Shown in pieces: positions 26,801 to 41,800 of a stretch of 64,000 nt of DNA. The stretch's first letter is position 1. Each line of letters begins with the position of its first letter. The position numbers and the translations under genes were made by a program. The notes below the pieces were generated by a model that searched no databases, was not told the DNA's origin, and saw only the letters and a list, made by a program, of their open reading frames with translations. The DNA is taken from positions 641,951-705,950 of the forward strand of contig NMRA01000200.1 in assembly GCA_002633005.1 (NCBI GenBank), read 5' to 3'. This DNA is from Phoronis australis. Lineage: Eukaryota; Animalia; Phoronida.

Positions 26801-29800
26801 AGAACAAGACATATAAGAATGCTGTCATGACCCATCCGAGAAAGGAAATCCAGGCAACTACAGAACAAGACATATACAAAGAAAAAATATAAAACAATGA
26901 TAATGAAAAGTAAGAGTGAAGTATAAAGTTGCCATGAATCACTTTGTCGCGAAAAGCTATCTCCTGCTAAACTAACTCTAAATTTCAATTATTAGACAAA
27001 ACATGTTAATGTGAAAATGTTTACAATTATTATTCACCATTGTCTAATTTAAAAGCCCAAGATGTATCACCAATAGAAAATGGAACTGGTCAAAACTGGG
27101 TGGCGCATAAATTGTACATTAGTGAAACTATTCTAGTTTTAGAAGTGTGACGCAGTAATTTAGAAAAAATCTTTGTCTCACAAATTTCAGCTAGTCAAGG
27201 CCTGCCACCTACTAAGTGTTCGTCCCGCGCGGTGACGCGCTCTCCGTTCGGATTCAGGTAGCATCTGGCGTATTAAAAATTGTTCCTGATACTTTTAATC
27301 TCATTAAAATCACCAGGAACAATTTTTACTTGGAGGGAGGATCATTTTCACTTTTCCCATGTGTGGCTAGAATATATCACTCTTTAGACATTTGATATTC
27401 GAAAAGTCTTCGCATATGTGAAGTAGCATGTTTTTTTTTTCCAAAAAACCCCAAATTTTATGACCTCCTATGATAGCCTCGTTCCACTGAGCCTCCAGAC
27501 ACATAACTCCTTTTCACTGCCTTGCTCCAGCGGTGCGTGCATGGTTATGATTTGTTTGTGAGAAATTTCCACATGTGGAAAACAAGGCTGTCTATGCTAC
27601 TATTTCTGATGACCGCGTACATGTCGAAAAGGGTTGCTCAAAGAACTCTCGCAATCATAAACAGTGATTTCAACGTTTTTTGTCAGTGAAGTTCAAATTT
27701 AACTCATGAATCGTTATAGGTACATGTACCTCTGAAATGAGCAAAAGTGCACCTTAATACGAATGCCCCATGTCCCGTCAAAAATCTTTGAGCATGCCTA
27801 CGGGGAAATTGGTTATAACATTTCGTTTTAATAAATAAATTCGTCGGTTTCTATTTTACTTCTTTATGAATCTACGAAAATCGATAGATTCATAGATGAT
27901 TTTTGACAATTAGAAACTAATCTTCTAAGAAATGATGATATTTCACTGAATTTAATTGAAGCTGGAAAAACTCTGCAATCCGATCCCCAAATAGTAAAGT
28001 ACACTTAGAAGATTTTTGCCTATCAGTAAAATAGTGATGTTTTTACTTTCGCATTTAAAAAGTGTTGTAGGCTTGAATCCATACACAAACACAGTTTCTA
28101 TATTTTGTGATTACTATGGATATAGTGAATAATTTTTAAATGCTCTTGTAAATATGCTGCCGTTATACCGGCGCTAACTGAACTTGAAGACATCAACCGT
28201 TAAATTAAAAGTAGAAGACAATATTTTTTGACTAGGGGACCACTCTGTGTCCTTTTTTGGAGGACTAGCCCTCGTTGCTAAGTTACTCGGCATCATTTTT
28301 ATGACTAACTGGGCCAATGAGGGGGCCATGGCCCCCCACTGGGCAAAATCCTGACTAATATTCTGCCCTGGCCCCCCTAACTCAAAATCTTGGATCCGTC
28401 CCTGAATAATTATTCAGCATAGGTCAAAGCCTAGTCTGTGCTATCAGCTGGACACAGTAGAATTCTATTATTTCAGCGCCCTCCACCATAGTGCGCAAGC
28501 AGTGAATACAACAGCACCATTAGCCAATCAGAAGCTCAGAAATTAAGAAAGTGCAGAACTATTTCAAGATGTCTGCCTCCAGTGGGTGAAATGCTGCATT
28601 CAGTGTAACACGGTTTAAACCGTAAATTCATCCAACCAGATGTGTTATTTCAGGCAAATAACACGGGCCGAAGTCAGAGATTGTATGAGGAATGATTTTC
28701 TTGAGAAGATAAAGAAAATATGTGTCATCAAGTCTGATGAAGTTAGTAATTACATGCTGTAGTCCACTCGACTTTGATCGATCGACTAACTGGGTCTGGT
28801 GCCTAGTAACCAGCCAGCTAGCTGTATGAAGACTATCGTCAGAATACAGCTAGGTACCGCTGTGTTTTGTGCTCTGACAGATCACGAAATTTCACACAAC
28901 CTGGGTAGTTCTACTCGTTACCTTGTCATGAAACTTATAGCAACACAGAGCTAACCACAGGCGNCTTCTAGTCTGTGCTATCATACTGGACACAGTAGAA
29001 TTCTATTATTTCAGCGCCCTCCACCATAGTGCGCAAGCAGTGAATACAACAGTACCATTAGCCAATCAGAAGCTCAGAAATTACGAAAGTGCAGAACTAT
29101 TTCAAGATGTCTGCCTCCAGTGGGTGAAATGCTGCATTCAGTGTAACACGGTTTAAACCGTAAATTCATCCAACCAGGTGTGTTATTTCAGGCAAATAAC
29201 ACGGGCCGAAGTCAGAGATTATATGAAGAACGATTTTCTTGAGAAGATAAAGAAAATATGTGTCATCAAGTCTGATGAAGTTAGTAATTACATGCTGTAG
29301 TCCACTCGACTTTGATCGATCGACTAACTGGGTCTGGTGCCTAGTAACCAGCCAGCTAGCTGTATGAAGACTATCGTCAGAATACAGCTAGGTACCGCTG
29401 TGTTTTGTGCTCTGACAGATCACGAAATTTCACACAACCTGGGTAGTTCTACTCGTCACCTTGTCATGAAACTTATAGCAACACAGAGCTAACCGCAGGC
29501 GTTCTCAGCTTCTGATCGTCCCCAATACATTATTTTATTTATCACGGAAAGTCACGGCATCGATAACTCGGCAATTGCCGTTCATCCGTAACTCATCAGA
29601 TAATTCCGTACCCTTCACGTGGGACATGGCAGTTGCTCCAGACGAGCTTTTTGGTAAGTTTTTTGTGCTTTGACCGCGAATTTCTTGCGAACTCGGCGGA
29701 GCAGGACACCGTAAAGGGTATTGGGAGAAAGAACAATTCCTCAGGGTTTGTTGAACCTCTCTTTTGTGTAAATTTATTGAGTTTTGTGTTTGCTATGATT

Positions 29801-32800
29801 GGCTGATGTGAAGCACCTGTGGAATTTCTAGTCCGGAGTGTCATACCTTGTAGTATTATATAGTGTATTGGGGACGATCAGAAGCTGAGGATGCTTGTGG
29901 AGCTAACGACCGAGGGGGTGCGTGTAAAGTCTTTGAGTCAGTCGACACTCACCTTGCCTGTTACAGCCGTTAAAGTGAAAAAACAATCTAATAAACATTT
30001 TCTTGTGTAATTCTCCGCCTTTTGTACCAAAAAAAGCCTGTTGTCGTTTTGAAAACAGTATGCTTGTGGCCTATGCCATTTCCTAATTTCTTTGCGACAT
30101 CTCTTGGGAGAGGATGACAGCTTTGCAGCAGCAAAATTTGTTCTGAAATTCAGTTTGCTGGTATTAAAATACAAAAAAATTGTAACCAAGTGAAACCAGT
30201 TTCGGTAATACGTTGTGACATGTACGCAACCTCGTGGAAGTAGAACTGTTGATTGAAGAATTGGGGAAAAGGAAATTGGCCAATAGGTGACGCAATATTT
30301 TATGACGCCAAAAGCAGATGCAAAAGATCGCTCCACAACTTAAGCAGCAAAATAAGAGTAGAATGCCAATTTTTCCAATATCAGTAAATAATTTAGTTTA
30401 CTCAAGGAAGAGTGTACTTTAAGTGACACTAATTTTGTATCAGATTTTATTTGGTCAGTTTTTAACCCATGTCCGTGCTAAATACTAAATATACAGTGTC
30501 AGAGATTGACTGTGGGTTTGTTTAAGGAGAGTGAATAATCAAATCCAGTAATTAATTTATCATATGATAACCCCTAATTAGACAAGTGAAACCTGTTGTT
30601 AATTATGTAATCAACTACAAAGAAAAGTAGCTACACTAGCGCCCTCTTTAAAGATTACTTTAATCAATCAACCCAAATAATCAAATGTCTTATCTGCTAT
30701 CCAAGCTGGGACTCTCCACTTGTTGGATGTCTGTCCTGTTGGTGTATCTTCGAACTACATACACACTGTGTAGCGACAGTGTACTTGTTGGTGATGCAAC
30801 ACTTGCAGGCAATTTCTTCTACCCGCGATTCGTCTTGCTGGTCACAGTCTCTGGCTGATGACGCAACACTTCAGGTAGTATCTTACTACCCACGATGCAA
30901 GTGACAAGCTCTTAGTTAACTTCCTGTTCGTTAACCCTTGCCCTTGCCAAGATCCTTTCTAGAATCTTCCACGAGATGGCTCTGTCGTACAATTGCTTCT
31001 GTACACTGTAGCAAGTCTTTATGCTTCAACTACTATAGCGCATCTGATTATCTTGTTGATTTCAGCCCATAATACCGGGTATAACATTCTACTTATTTAG
31101 TGATTGGCTAATAAAAACCACATGATCATATCCACTCATATTATTGTCGTTACAATTTGTTCTCAGAATTTTCTAGAATCTCTAGAGTACTTTGACCCCA
31201 CAACCCAAAGTTGTAAACACCATATAAAAATAGATTTTGACGTTAAAGTACATGTCAATAAGTCTGACCCCATGATTTAAAAGTATATTTGCACTAATTT
31301 TGGACAACTTAAAATGGATCTATTCTTACTAATTACTTAATCACTATTTATTCTGACATACAGCTTTGCACCAAGGCTACATGCCTAGGTACTGGGTTTG
31401 AAACTCGAACAGGGTGATTTTTTTTCACTTTACTGGTGCCCGACTTGGCCCACAAACTCGGACAAGTACTCTTTGACTGACTGGGAAATGGACAGAATTC
31501 TGCACATATTTTTACATCTACATAATATACTCTTGTCAAAGTACACATAAGTACCAGTTTACTGCCTCTATGGACTAGTTCTTTGGCCATCTGAAAAATT
31601 AATTGCATAAAAAGTTAGTGTACGTCAGCTTCTCTGTGAAATGGGAAAATTTTATTGTTCACGCTAACTCCATGTAGCAGTTGTTTACTTCATACGAGAT
31701 ATGAGAATGGTTTCTCTTGATGTATGCATGCATGAATGAATGGATGTACTTGTTTGTTTGCTTTTGCACTTGTTTATCAATGATAATAAATATCAGACAA
31801 AAAAATTTTTTTTGGTTGTATGTCACATGCAAAATACATGCTGTAACGTTTTTAAGATTAATGCTAAAGGTGGGAGTATAGTCGTCCTATGCTAAAGGTT
31901 TTATTCTGAGAAATTGTGGACATTTATGACTATGTTGGAAGCCTTTGAAAAATGAAAAAAAAAACATTTTGACAATTATTTTTGTCCGAAATTGGTGAGG
32001 TTTTAATGTTTCAATCTACTTGTGAAGCGTATTGCTTGGAAAACCTGATGTCGGGTTGCTAATTTCTCATAAAAAGCTGGTTTTGAGACTAATGGGGTTA
32101 GTTTTAAAAGTTTCAAAAGTTTCAAAGCCAATGGCGCAGTTTGTGAGAGTAAATGCAGTGTGAAACGAATCTATGAACTCAGCAAGGATTAATTTGTCGG
32201 TTTACCTGTGTGTATTACTATTTGTTACTTGTTTGATGCAGATGCTTTTAGAGTCGGTTAAATCCTTCTAAAGAGTAAGTGAGGTCATATTTATGTGTCT
32301 GGGCAATGGGCATCCTATAGCATCCAGGGCTGAATTCCGTAGACCAGGTTTCTTGCGAGAAACGCAGAATCATGTGCAAGGTTTCATTCGCCATGCACTA
32401 CAAGCAAAGCTCGTGTACACAAGGGCTTCACTCACAAAATGTTTGCATCTGCTGAACACAGCCCAGATACTGGGGGAAGTAACGCTAACCACAACTGACT
32501 ATGGCTCTGACGTGGCCTTGCAGCCAGCTTCCTGCATGGACACACTAGTTGAATATAACGATCCCTGCTTTTGAGAACCAAGCAGTCACTGAATAATGGG
32601 CGAGTTATTTAGCAGATGAAACAACACTTGCCTCTTGAGGGTACCGTCACTGAAATAAACGGTGGACTCTGACATCATTTTTGTTGAACTGTATAGTGTA
32701 ATAGATCTATGGAATATATAATAGTTGAATGATGAGACCTGGACTAACTATGTATGTCTAAGCTTGTCTTAATGGCGGGACTTTACATTCTAGATGAGGG

Positions 32801-35800
32801 CTGCGGCAACCTGACGTGTAGACATTATTCTGAGTGTGTGATCGTTCGCGGACAAGATGGGCAGTGTGTATGTCCGAGCTGTGAGTCAGCGTACCACCGG
32901 CCTGTGTGTGGATCAGATGGCATCACATATGACAATAGATGTGATCTTATGAAAAAGGCTTGTCATTCCAAGGAGGATGTCGAAGTTATGTTCTTTGGGA
33001 ATTGCAGTGAGTCAGTTATTTATCAGAGATTATATAGCAATTTATCGGTCGTTATCCGCTTGCTTTAGTAATCGAGTGTATTTAAGGTTAAGTAGGACTT
33101 TATAAAAATGGCCAAATTTGGCTGACTTTGGATAGTCATATCTCAGAAATGGTTGACCGGACTCATATGAAACTTTCAGAGTCTATGCTGTATGCACTGC
33201 TCCCAAAATCCTGTTAGAAATTGTTTTTAAGGTTTTCATGTTTTGCCTGTAACATAACAAAACTTGATTCCCATGAAATATCATTGAAGTAGCATAAAAC
33301 AAAATTGAAATGATTTAATTATTTTAGAAAACTGTAGCAGTGTTTTCGATATCTCACTTTGAACATTTCAGATAAAATCTGTCGTGTTATTGATGTCAGT
33401 GTTTTGATATCGTGCCTTTCCTTCTTGCTAAATATTACTAAAAAAGATTTGATCATGCGACCCAGTTAATAACAGATTGGTAAAAAGTCTAAAAGCAAAT
33501 TCTGCAGGCTTTCTAGTTTCAGAAAAATATACTTTTATTGAGTTAAAATCTATAGTTTTCTAGACATTTTTCTTAACACACAGACTTGCTGATAAGGACC
33601 CACATAACCTTAAAAAGCATTATCATTATACTGTCCTGAAAGGAAATAAACAGTTGTCTTTTTAATTCTTAAAAGTGTGTCATTTGTATTGATTTTGTCT
33701 GATACATGATTTTTCATGCACCAGTTCTTAGCTATGATATATTCCAACTTGTTACTGATATTCAAACTGTAGCACACATTATTTAGTAGTATGTTCAGTT
33801 ACTGCTAGTCACTTGAGAAGGAAAGCTAGTAATTTTACACGTTTTGCTAGTTTAATGCTTGGCGATAATCTTGGGTAATCTAGCCAAACTCACAAGACAT
33901 GCGGCTTTGCATTGTTAGAGTTCTTAGTTATATTGTACATCAATTTGCAACTAGTTTTTAGCTATAATATACATCAACATGAAATTATTCATTTTCAAAC
34001 TGTCTGAGGTATCACAAATAATAGTTGTTCTAATTTTATTATTTGATAATATCTGAAGATGTGTGTTGGTTACAAATTGTGCCCGAGTAAGATGTTTACA
34101 GTTCACTTTGCTTTTTTGTTCCAGGCGAGGTCTGCAACAGCTCAAAGTGCAGACATTACTCTGAATGTGTGATTGATGATGTACAAGGAGCGCACTGTGA
34201 GTGTCCTAGCTGTGAGGCTGGGACCCATGAGCCTGTGTGTGGATCAGATGATATCACATATGAGAATAATTGTGATCTGATGAAGAAGGCTTGTCACGCC
34301 AACAAGGATGTCTCAGTAAAATTCTTTGGAACTTGTGGTACCTATTTGGCTGTCGTTCAGATATGTTTGGTCCTCGCCCGGCCACCACTCCAGTTTGAAT
34401 AAAGTCATGAATTCACTGTTTGCCAGTTGCTCTTATTTCACAGATACACATTAACTTATTTCCCATTTAGTTGCTATGTCTGTTAACTTTCAATGGCTGA
34501 GTTGTGTTGTGACATTGTGCTCAACAAGTGTTCATTACAGATAATTTTTTTAAGTTTTATGAAGAAGATTGTGATGTTGAATTACATGTCGCATTAAAGC
34601 AGTTTCTTTTGTCAAGATGTCTCGTCTGATCAAAATCGATGTGTTTTCAGGTGTTATTTTTTGAGGCAATTATTAATAGTGTTTGCATCTAATTGGCTTT
34701 CTCTGTTGAAAATCTTAATGAAATAACTAGTTAGTTTTTTAAAGATATTGTCTGTTATAGTTATGTTATTCCTTTGTTCCAGCTGATGGTGGTCTCTGTG
34801 TAGATTTTAAATGTGCTTACGGAGCCGAGTGTAAAGTAAGGAACAACAAACCCATCTGTGAGTGTCCTAAATGCTCAGAGGAACACTACCCTGTAAGTTT
34901 ATGGTTACTTTTTGTTTTGAGCTTTGATCATAGCAAAAAAACAATCGTATTTGGTTTCATTTTTAGACGACTACGGTTTTCAAATTGAGGGTAAATCCAG
35001 ATATCAATTTAATCCATTGTTAAGCATTCCCGTGGTCTTTTTACTTACATTGTGACTTGCTTCTCAAATATCACGCTTCCTAAACATCAACCAGGGTTCA
35101 AAGAGTTATTAAAATAAGTACCACAGAATTGTAATCTAATGCGACTACTTGACCTTATTTTCATAGTATTTCTTCAGGTAAAAATTAATCTCAATCTGAC
35201 TTTCACGAGGAATTCATTTTTATGAACCAAACTGTTCCAAAGGCTACTAGATACAACAATTTGTTTAAGCTTGTGCTTTGTTGCAGTGAAGATATTGTTA
35301 ATGTGGTAATTCCTGCCTGAGACCACACCTCTTCCTTCGTTCTCTTCTGTCCGCTGTTTCATGTTTTGACATCTTTTTGCCTCTCTTTCTTAATGTGCCA
35401 TGTTTTGTTAACTTATCTTTTAATCGCACCTTCCGGGGGTTTTACCCTCAGCTTTTTATTTGACAGGAAGTAATAACGGCAACATTACAAAGCAGAGGCC
35501 TGAATGTCAAAACAGTGTAATAAACTTTCTGCTTTCAACACAACTTACTGCGTTGCTACCAGTCATTACTGGCCTTGGGAATCATTATAGATTAGTAGGT
35601 GTCACTGGCAATGCTACATATTGACATTTCTGTAACTAGCAAAACTGAAAATGGTTGCTAAAGTCAAGGTACCTACTCTATACTAGGTGGTGGTCCTCAT
35701 TCCAATATAAATATGTAAAACTAAACACAAATACTCTCCCAAACCTAGGGGCACTTGCAAAGACCCCTGGGGATGCTGCCAAAAACCTATCAAACCTATC

Positions 35801-38800
35801 CAATACTATAATCTGTATTTAATACCTTCATAGACACCTCCGCTTGCATCGCTATTCAAAGTAGCAAACCCATCTGATACTATCGTCTATATTTAATACC
35901 CAATACACCCTAATTTGCACTAGTGGTGATGTTAAACATGTCAAACCCATCCAATACTGTTGTCTAGATCTTGAATGCCATGGGCACTGCCATATCTATC
36001 AAATTTATCAGATATCATGGTTGGTATATAGCCAAGGCATTAGCTCTTTCCAATCATTATCAGCCATTATTGCTAGGGGCATGCTAAACCTATTGGATGC
36101 TATCATCTATATACAGCCCAGCCCATGGCACTAACTCTGTCACACTCGTTCTAACCATCACCACAAGGGGCACTCTGAAAACTATCTTCTATCAGATAAT
36201 ATTGTCTATATGCAGCCCAGTCCAGGGCAGTACGTCTCACAGTTGTCCCAACCTACACCAGCAGGATCAGTCTACTTGTTACTCAGTTTGAGCTCATCAG
36301 TAGGCGTAGTAATAGTTTGCATTGTATATCATGTCATTGTTAACACTTTCACCCAACAGAGCGCCTCGGTCTATTTCCAGTATTTAGCTTACGCCCGTCG
36401 TATTGGTATGACTCATGAACTATCAAGCCTGTCAGGCATAACAGTATCGAATAGCCAACGTCACCCTTCTCAACTCCTCCCCGAATATAAATTGCCATTA
36501 TTCAGTGGATGCATGCACCTAATCTCATCACAGCATCCCGTTATTCAGTGGATGCCTGCACCTAATCTCATCATAGGATCCCGTTATTCAGTGGATGCAT
36601 GCACCTAATCTCATCACAGCATCCCGTTATTCAGTGGATGCATGCACCTAATCTCATCATAGCATCCCGTTATTCAGTGGATGCATGCACCTAATCTCAT
36701 CACAGCATCCTGTTATTCAGTTAATCCATCCTTCATGGAGACCTCCATCAGGCGCTGATGATACACAACTAATAACCATCCATCCGTCTCAGAGACACCA
36801 CACCTTTCAAACATATTATTGTTAAACCAAGTATCTATCAGAAAGGTTTCACGTGTAGCTCTAATGGGCTCAATTGTCTGTATTCCGGTTTCCAGACCAA
36901 ACTCATCATATTTGACTAATGGCGACTGGCCCACAGTCAACTGACACAAAAGAGTGACAAATCAAATGACCCATGACCCAACGATGATTCTTTGTAGGTG
37001 TGTGGAACTGACGGTATAACTTATGCTAACAAGTGCAAGTTGCTTGAAGAAAACTGTAGGAAGCGGAAGAAGATTCACGTTGCTTACCAGGGAGCATGCA
37101 GTATGTATCTTGTAATTATCTTGATGGTTTGTGTAGCTTGTGGTTCTTCACATGCAACTTATATGTGAATGACTATATGCTCCTTTCTTTACATATCATG
37201 TAATACATCTAACTTACATATGTTTGGTTCAGTGATGTATGTAAGTTATGAGGTACCAAGCAGTACATGAAACTTATGAGCTGGGTATTGAGTAATTCAT
37301 GTTGCTAATTCGAGGTTCCATGCAGTATGCGTCTTGCAGTGGTAACATGTAAATTAAGAGAGACTATGCAGCATTGTCTTGCAGTAACAACACGTAATTT
37401 GGGAGAGCCCATGCAGTGTGTTTCATGCAGTGATGAGTATAACTTAAGAGGGGTTATGCAGTACATTCTATCCAGTCATTCATGCAAGTTATGTGGGTTT
37501 ATGTAGTATAGAAAGAGTAATTCAATTACAAGGATCGTATGGTGTGTTACAAGCTTTCTGGTTTGACTTTTCTGCCTTACCGGACTAAAAAGTCTAACAG
37601 CTTATTATTTTCATTGACTTATCCTTATTAAAATGAAACGAGCAAGAATTCATGTTTGAGTCTCAGGAGTGGGGACTAAATTAGGGGGCCCCGCCCGAAG
37701 ATCACCAAGAGCTGGCACTCTATATTAATATAAAGGGTCCCGCTTTTTGGCTGCCTTCAGGTGCGTCCCCATGCTTTTTTCCTGTCTTCAGGCAAGGCTG
37801 CCTATATTAATATAGGCGCCCCACTTTTAAAGCTTGAAAATGTAATTCTTACCTATGTCATTTTAATAAGAAAACGTCAAAAGGAGTCTTGTTAAAATGA
37901 CAAGCAAAAATTCATTTTTGAACCTCATAAGTGTGGCTCCTCTATTGAATATAAGTGACCCCGCTTTTACGATACCATCAGGCACAGCTGCCCATATTGA
38001 TATAGGCGGGGGCCCCACTTTTTGGATGCTTTCAAGTGGGCCCCCTTATGATAGGGGGCGTCACTTTTGAAGCTCAAAAATGGATGTCTTGCCTGTGTTA
38101 TTTTGATGAGAATAAGTCATTTGTAATGAGAACCTGTTGTCTCATTTGTTTTACAGTTTTATGCATCACTTGGTGATTATGTGACTTGCCAAGCTTGGCT
38201 CTGTATTTTCTACAGTAACTGTTGATTGTTTTTTTACAGGTTTTTGGTCAAATTATAATATAACTGCAGAAGGCAAGCTTTTTGTAGTGTGCCACTATTT
38301 CACTAACTCACTCACTGTCTTAATTTCTTTCCTGAATGTCCCTCACTCTTAGTATCCCTCTCTCTTAGTGTCCCTCACCCAGAGTGTAGTCACCCTGAGT
38401 GTCCCCCACCCAGACTGTCCCTCACACTGAGTGACCTTCAGCTTGAGTGACCCTCACCCTGAGTGTCTCACCTTGACCTAGTGACCCCCACTCTGAGTGA
38501 CCCTCACCCTGGATGACCCTCATTCTTAGGGTCCCTCACTCTGCTGATATTGAGTGAGCTTCTCCCTTAGTGACTGTCATCTTGAGTAATCCCAACCCTG
38601 AGTGTCCCTCAGGCACCTTGATTGAACCTCACCCTGTTTGACCTCCACTTGATCTTGTCGTTCTTCTCAGTTGAGTGACCCGTACCTGGGTGACTGACTC
38701 CCAGTATTTGTCCCCTCCATTATGCACAAAAAACTTCGTAATTCATCTCCACTAAACTCTACCAACAGGGATTATTTGTCACATGTTCACCTTGATACAA

Positions 38801-41800
38801 CAGAAATGGTGTAGCAGACCAGACCAGTGAATTAAATGGATATTTCATTTGATATATTGTCTTGTAAAAGAGGGGACATATACTGCGATATTGCTGACCT
38901 TGACTGATTCCCAAATATGACACCAGTTTCTCTGTAACTGCTCATTCTGTAGTGCAGGTGTCTCATGACGGTATCATCAAGTGCAGGTATATACTATTTA
39001 GGTTAATTGCTTTTGTTAGATTTAGGTGGTTTTGCCCAATCATCTTTGTCATTGGTAAACTTAGATATAATTGATATTTTTTCTATCGTGTATTACTGTA
39101 TTTTCTGTGTTCTTTATTCTTTTTCATCATAAATGACCTTGTATCGCCAAAAATATTTACATCAAGTTTGGCGTCATCATATTAGGAATCAAAAGTGTTT
39201 GGTTTCATCAATTTTACAAGTTGCTTTATGGTTATTCTCAGTGGCAAAACTGCAGAGACGTGAATCTGCTGGCATAGCAGATGAGTACACACAGTTGATT
39301 TGTGTTATAATGAATTCTGGACTTAGTATACAGTACAGTTTGGGACCTATGACGGGAATGAAACAATACAAGCGAGGACATGCTATATTACAGTGTTCTC
39401 CACATCATAAAATTCAAACTTTATTGGAATTACAAAATTCCTAAAAAATGTTATAAATTCTGTGGTCCATACGGAGGATGAGTTTGACTAATCTCCCAAT
39501 ACTTTCTACACAGGTTTTCAAAACTCGATGCAAGTAAGCCAAACTTGTCACAACAAAATTCAAACGAGACACAGGTTTTGGGAAACACTGTAATTAAACC
39601 ATGTTTGTTGTGACTCAGTTTGACTTTAGTATGAAATAGTTGAGTATTTGAATTGTAATCATTACGGTAACACATATTAATTGTAGATGGCTGTGAAAAG
39701 TTGAAGTGTGAATACTACTCACTGTGTGTGGCAAGTGGTGGCAAGGCTAAATGTGTTTGTCCTAGTACATGTGTCCTCGTAAGTATTGTGTTTTATATAT
39801 CTCTCTTGAACTTTAAAGAGATCCAGTACACACTCAAATATAAAGCATCTTTCTATGCCGAGAGCAGTATTATGAATGATATGGTTTATTTAAATATGTA
39901 TCTGTAGTTCACTTCGCCATTTTTCCTTACTAAAGCATTTACAGCACTCATGTGCGATAAAACTCATCTTCAGCTTATCGAACTCCCAAAATTTCCAAAT
40001 TTTCATTTTTAAATGCCCACCTCCCCATTAGTAGAGGGTTAACACTGTGCCCTAATTTTTTAATTTTACAGTTTTAGCACTCTGGACAATAACCACTACG
40101 AGGGCAGTACATAAACTTTGACACTGTCACTGTCTTTTCTTAATGATCAAATTCTCATTTGATATTTAATGAAATTATTTTCCCTTAAGTGTACTTTAAC
40201 ATTATTCAGTTTTAAAATATTCATGTCTACTGCAAACATTTTTTAAGTCTGTTCAGCATGCCACCTGTGGTCACATCACCTGACCTGTAAAGGTTTCTGC
40301 TCCAACTGGGACTCAAACCCTTGACCTTCTGCTAAATGTGCAGAAGTTCTAGTCCACTGAGCTCTCAGGACCACAAGTCGAATCCAATCAGACTTAGTAA
40401 TGTGCATCACATCCTTGAACTCCTGAGTGTATACGAATATATAAATCTTAACACGGTATGGAAATGTGTATCGCAATCACTTCTAAGTCTGGTCTGCACC
40501 ACCTGTGGCCACATCATGTGACCTAATGAATCTTTTTATACTTCTTAGGTCACATGACATGATGTGGCCAATAGGTGGCATGCTGACCTGACTTAGAAAT
40601 GTTTGCGTTACACATTTCCATGCCAGTTTGACATTTTATGTACATGTCTGCATTTAACCTTTTCAGGCTTTGTCAATGTGGTTTGTATGAGCCGTCTTAC
40701 CAAAGATGATATTGTTTTTTACTTTATTTTGTATGCTCTATTGTATTCCTTGTAATTGTAATTTGCCAACATCAGTCTGCTTTTCATCTCTGGTATCGAG
40801 CTTACAATGTCCGTATCATTTATGTTGATTAGGGACTTATGTTGATCATAGATTTAGCATTGTTAAATCTCAAACAAGAGCTGCTCCCTGTAGACATTAT
40901 TCTATTTTATTAACAATAACAATGTGGTGTTAAGAATGGATTTAGTACTGAACATCCTTAGTGGCCCTGTCTGTAACATGTAAATTGTAAGTTTGGTACA
41001 ACAACACTGTAGATTGATGTTGGCAGTTGTGACTTATGTGCAATTTCTTTCAGGACAATAAACCTGTTTGTGGCACTGATGGCGTTACCTATGGCAACGA
41101 ATGCCAACTGGAACTAGCCTCATGCAAGAAGCAACAATCTATTCGTGTTTCATCCAAAGGCACTTGTGGTTAGTTTGGTCATTTTAGTTACCCGCAGCAG
41201 TGTGATGATGTCACTGTTGAGCAAATGTAACACGTCACAAGACTTTATGTGTTTAAGATGATGAACATTTGTTCCTGGATAGAGAATGAACCAATGAATG
41301 CTTGGTAAATATGTAGTGCAATGTGTTATGTTGATCAAATCAAATCAAATAAAAAATTTAAGTAAAATACTTCATCTGTAATTTGGTACCATGGAATAAC
41401 ACCAGGGGGCTTTTGTTTGACTGTTCATCTCAAGATTTACCATTCTCATGTCAGTTTGGGTGTCCAACCTGATTAAAACATAGACATTCATAAACACTTC
41501 CATCCCTGTGTGAACTTAAATCAACTAGAGTAAAATCTCATGGATTAGGAACAAAGAACAAAAAGAATTGCTGAAACTGCACTTTTTCATTTTCAAGGAT
41601 TTCTAACAATGTTGCTAATGGCCATATTTGTCAAAACATGTGGTAGTAACTATAATATGGCAAAGAATTAATTTGGTGCTACATGTTTTTTTACTGAAAA
41701 AATTAGAAAATAAAATCCACTTGGTGAGATTACATAGTATTCCAAAAATTAATTGTATACACTGTGTGTCTGTTCATCAGTGATCAGCCTTCTTACAGGA

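Noticed and set aside
28431-29501. Recent tandem segmental duplication or LTR pair
   Set aside because: The copies abut a single N and differ by few SNPs, so this is most likely an unmerged haplotype overlap; there are no TG...CA termini.
36210-36608. 132-aa ORF with a hydrophobic segment
   Set aside because: It runs through degenerate and 43-bp tandem repeats, has no recognisable domain, and has no splice context.
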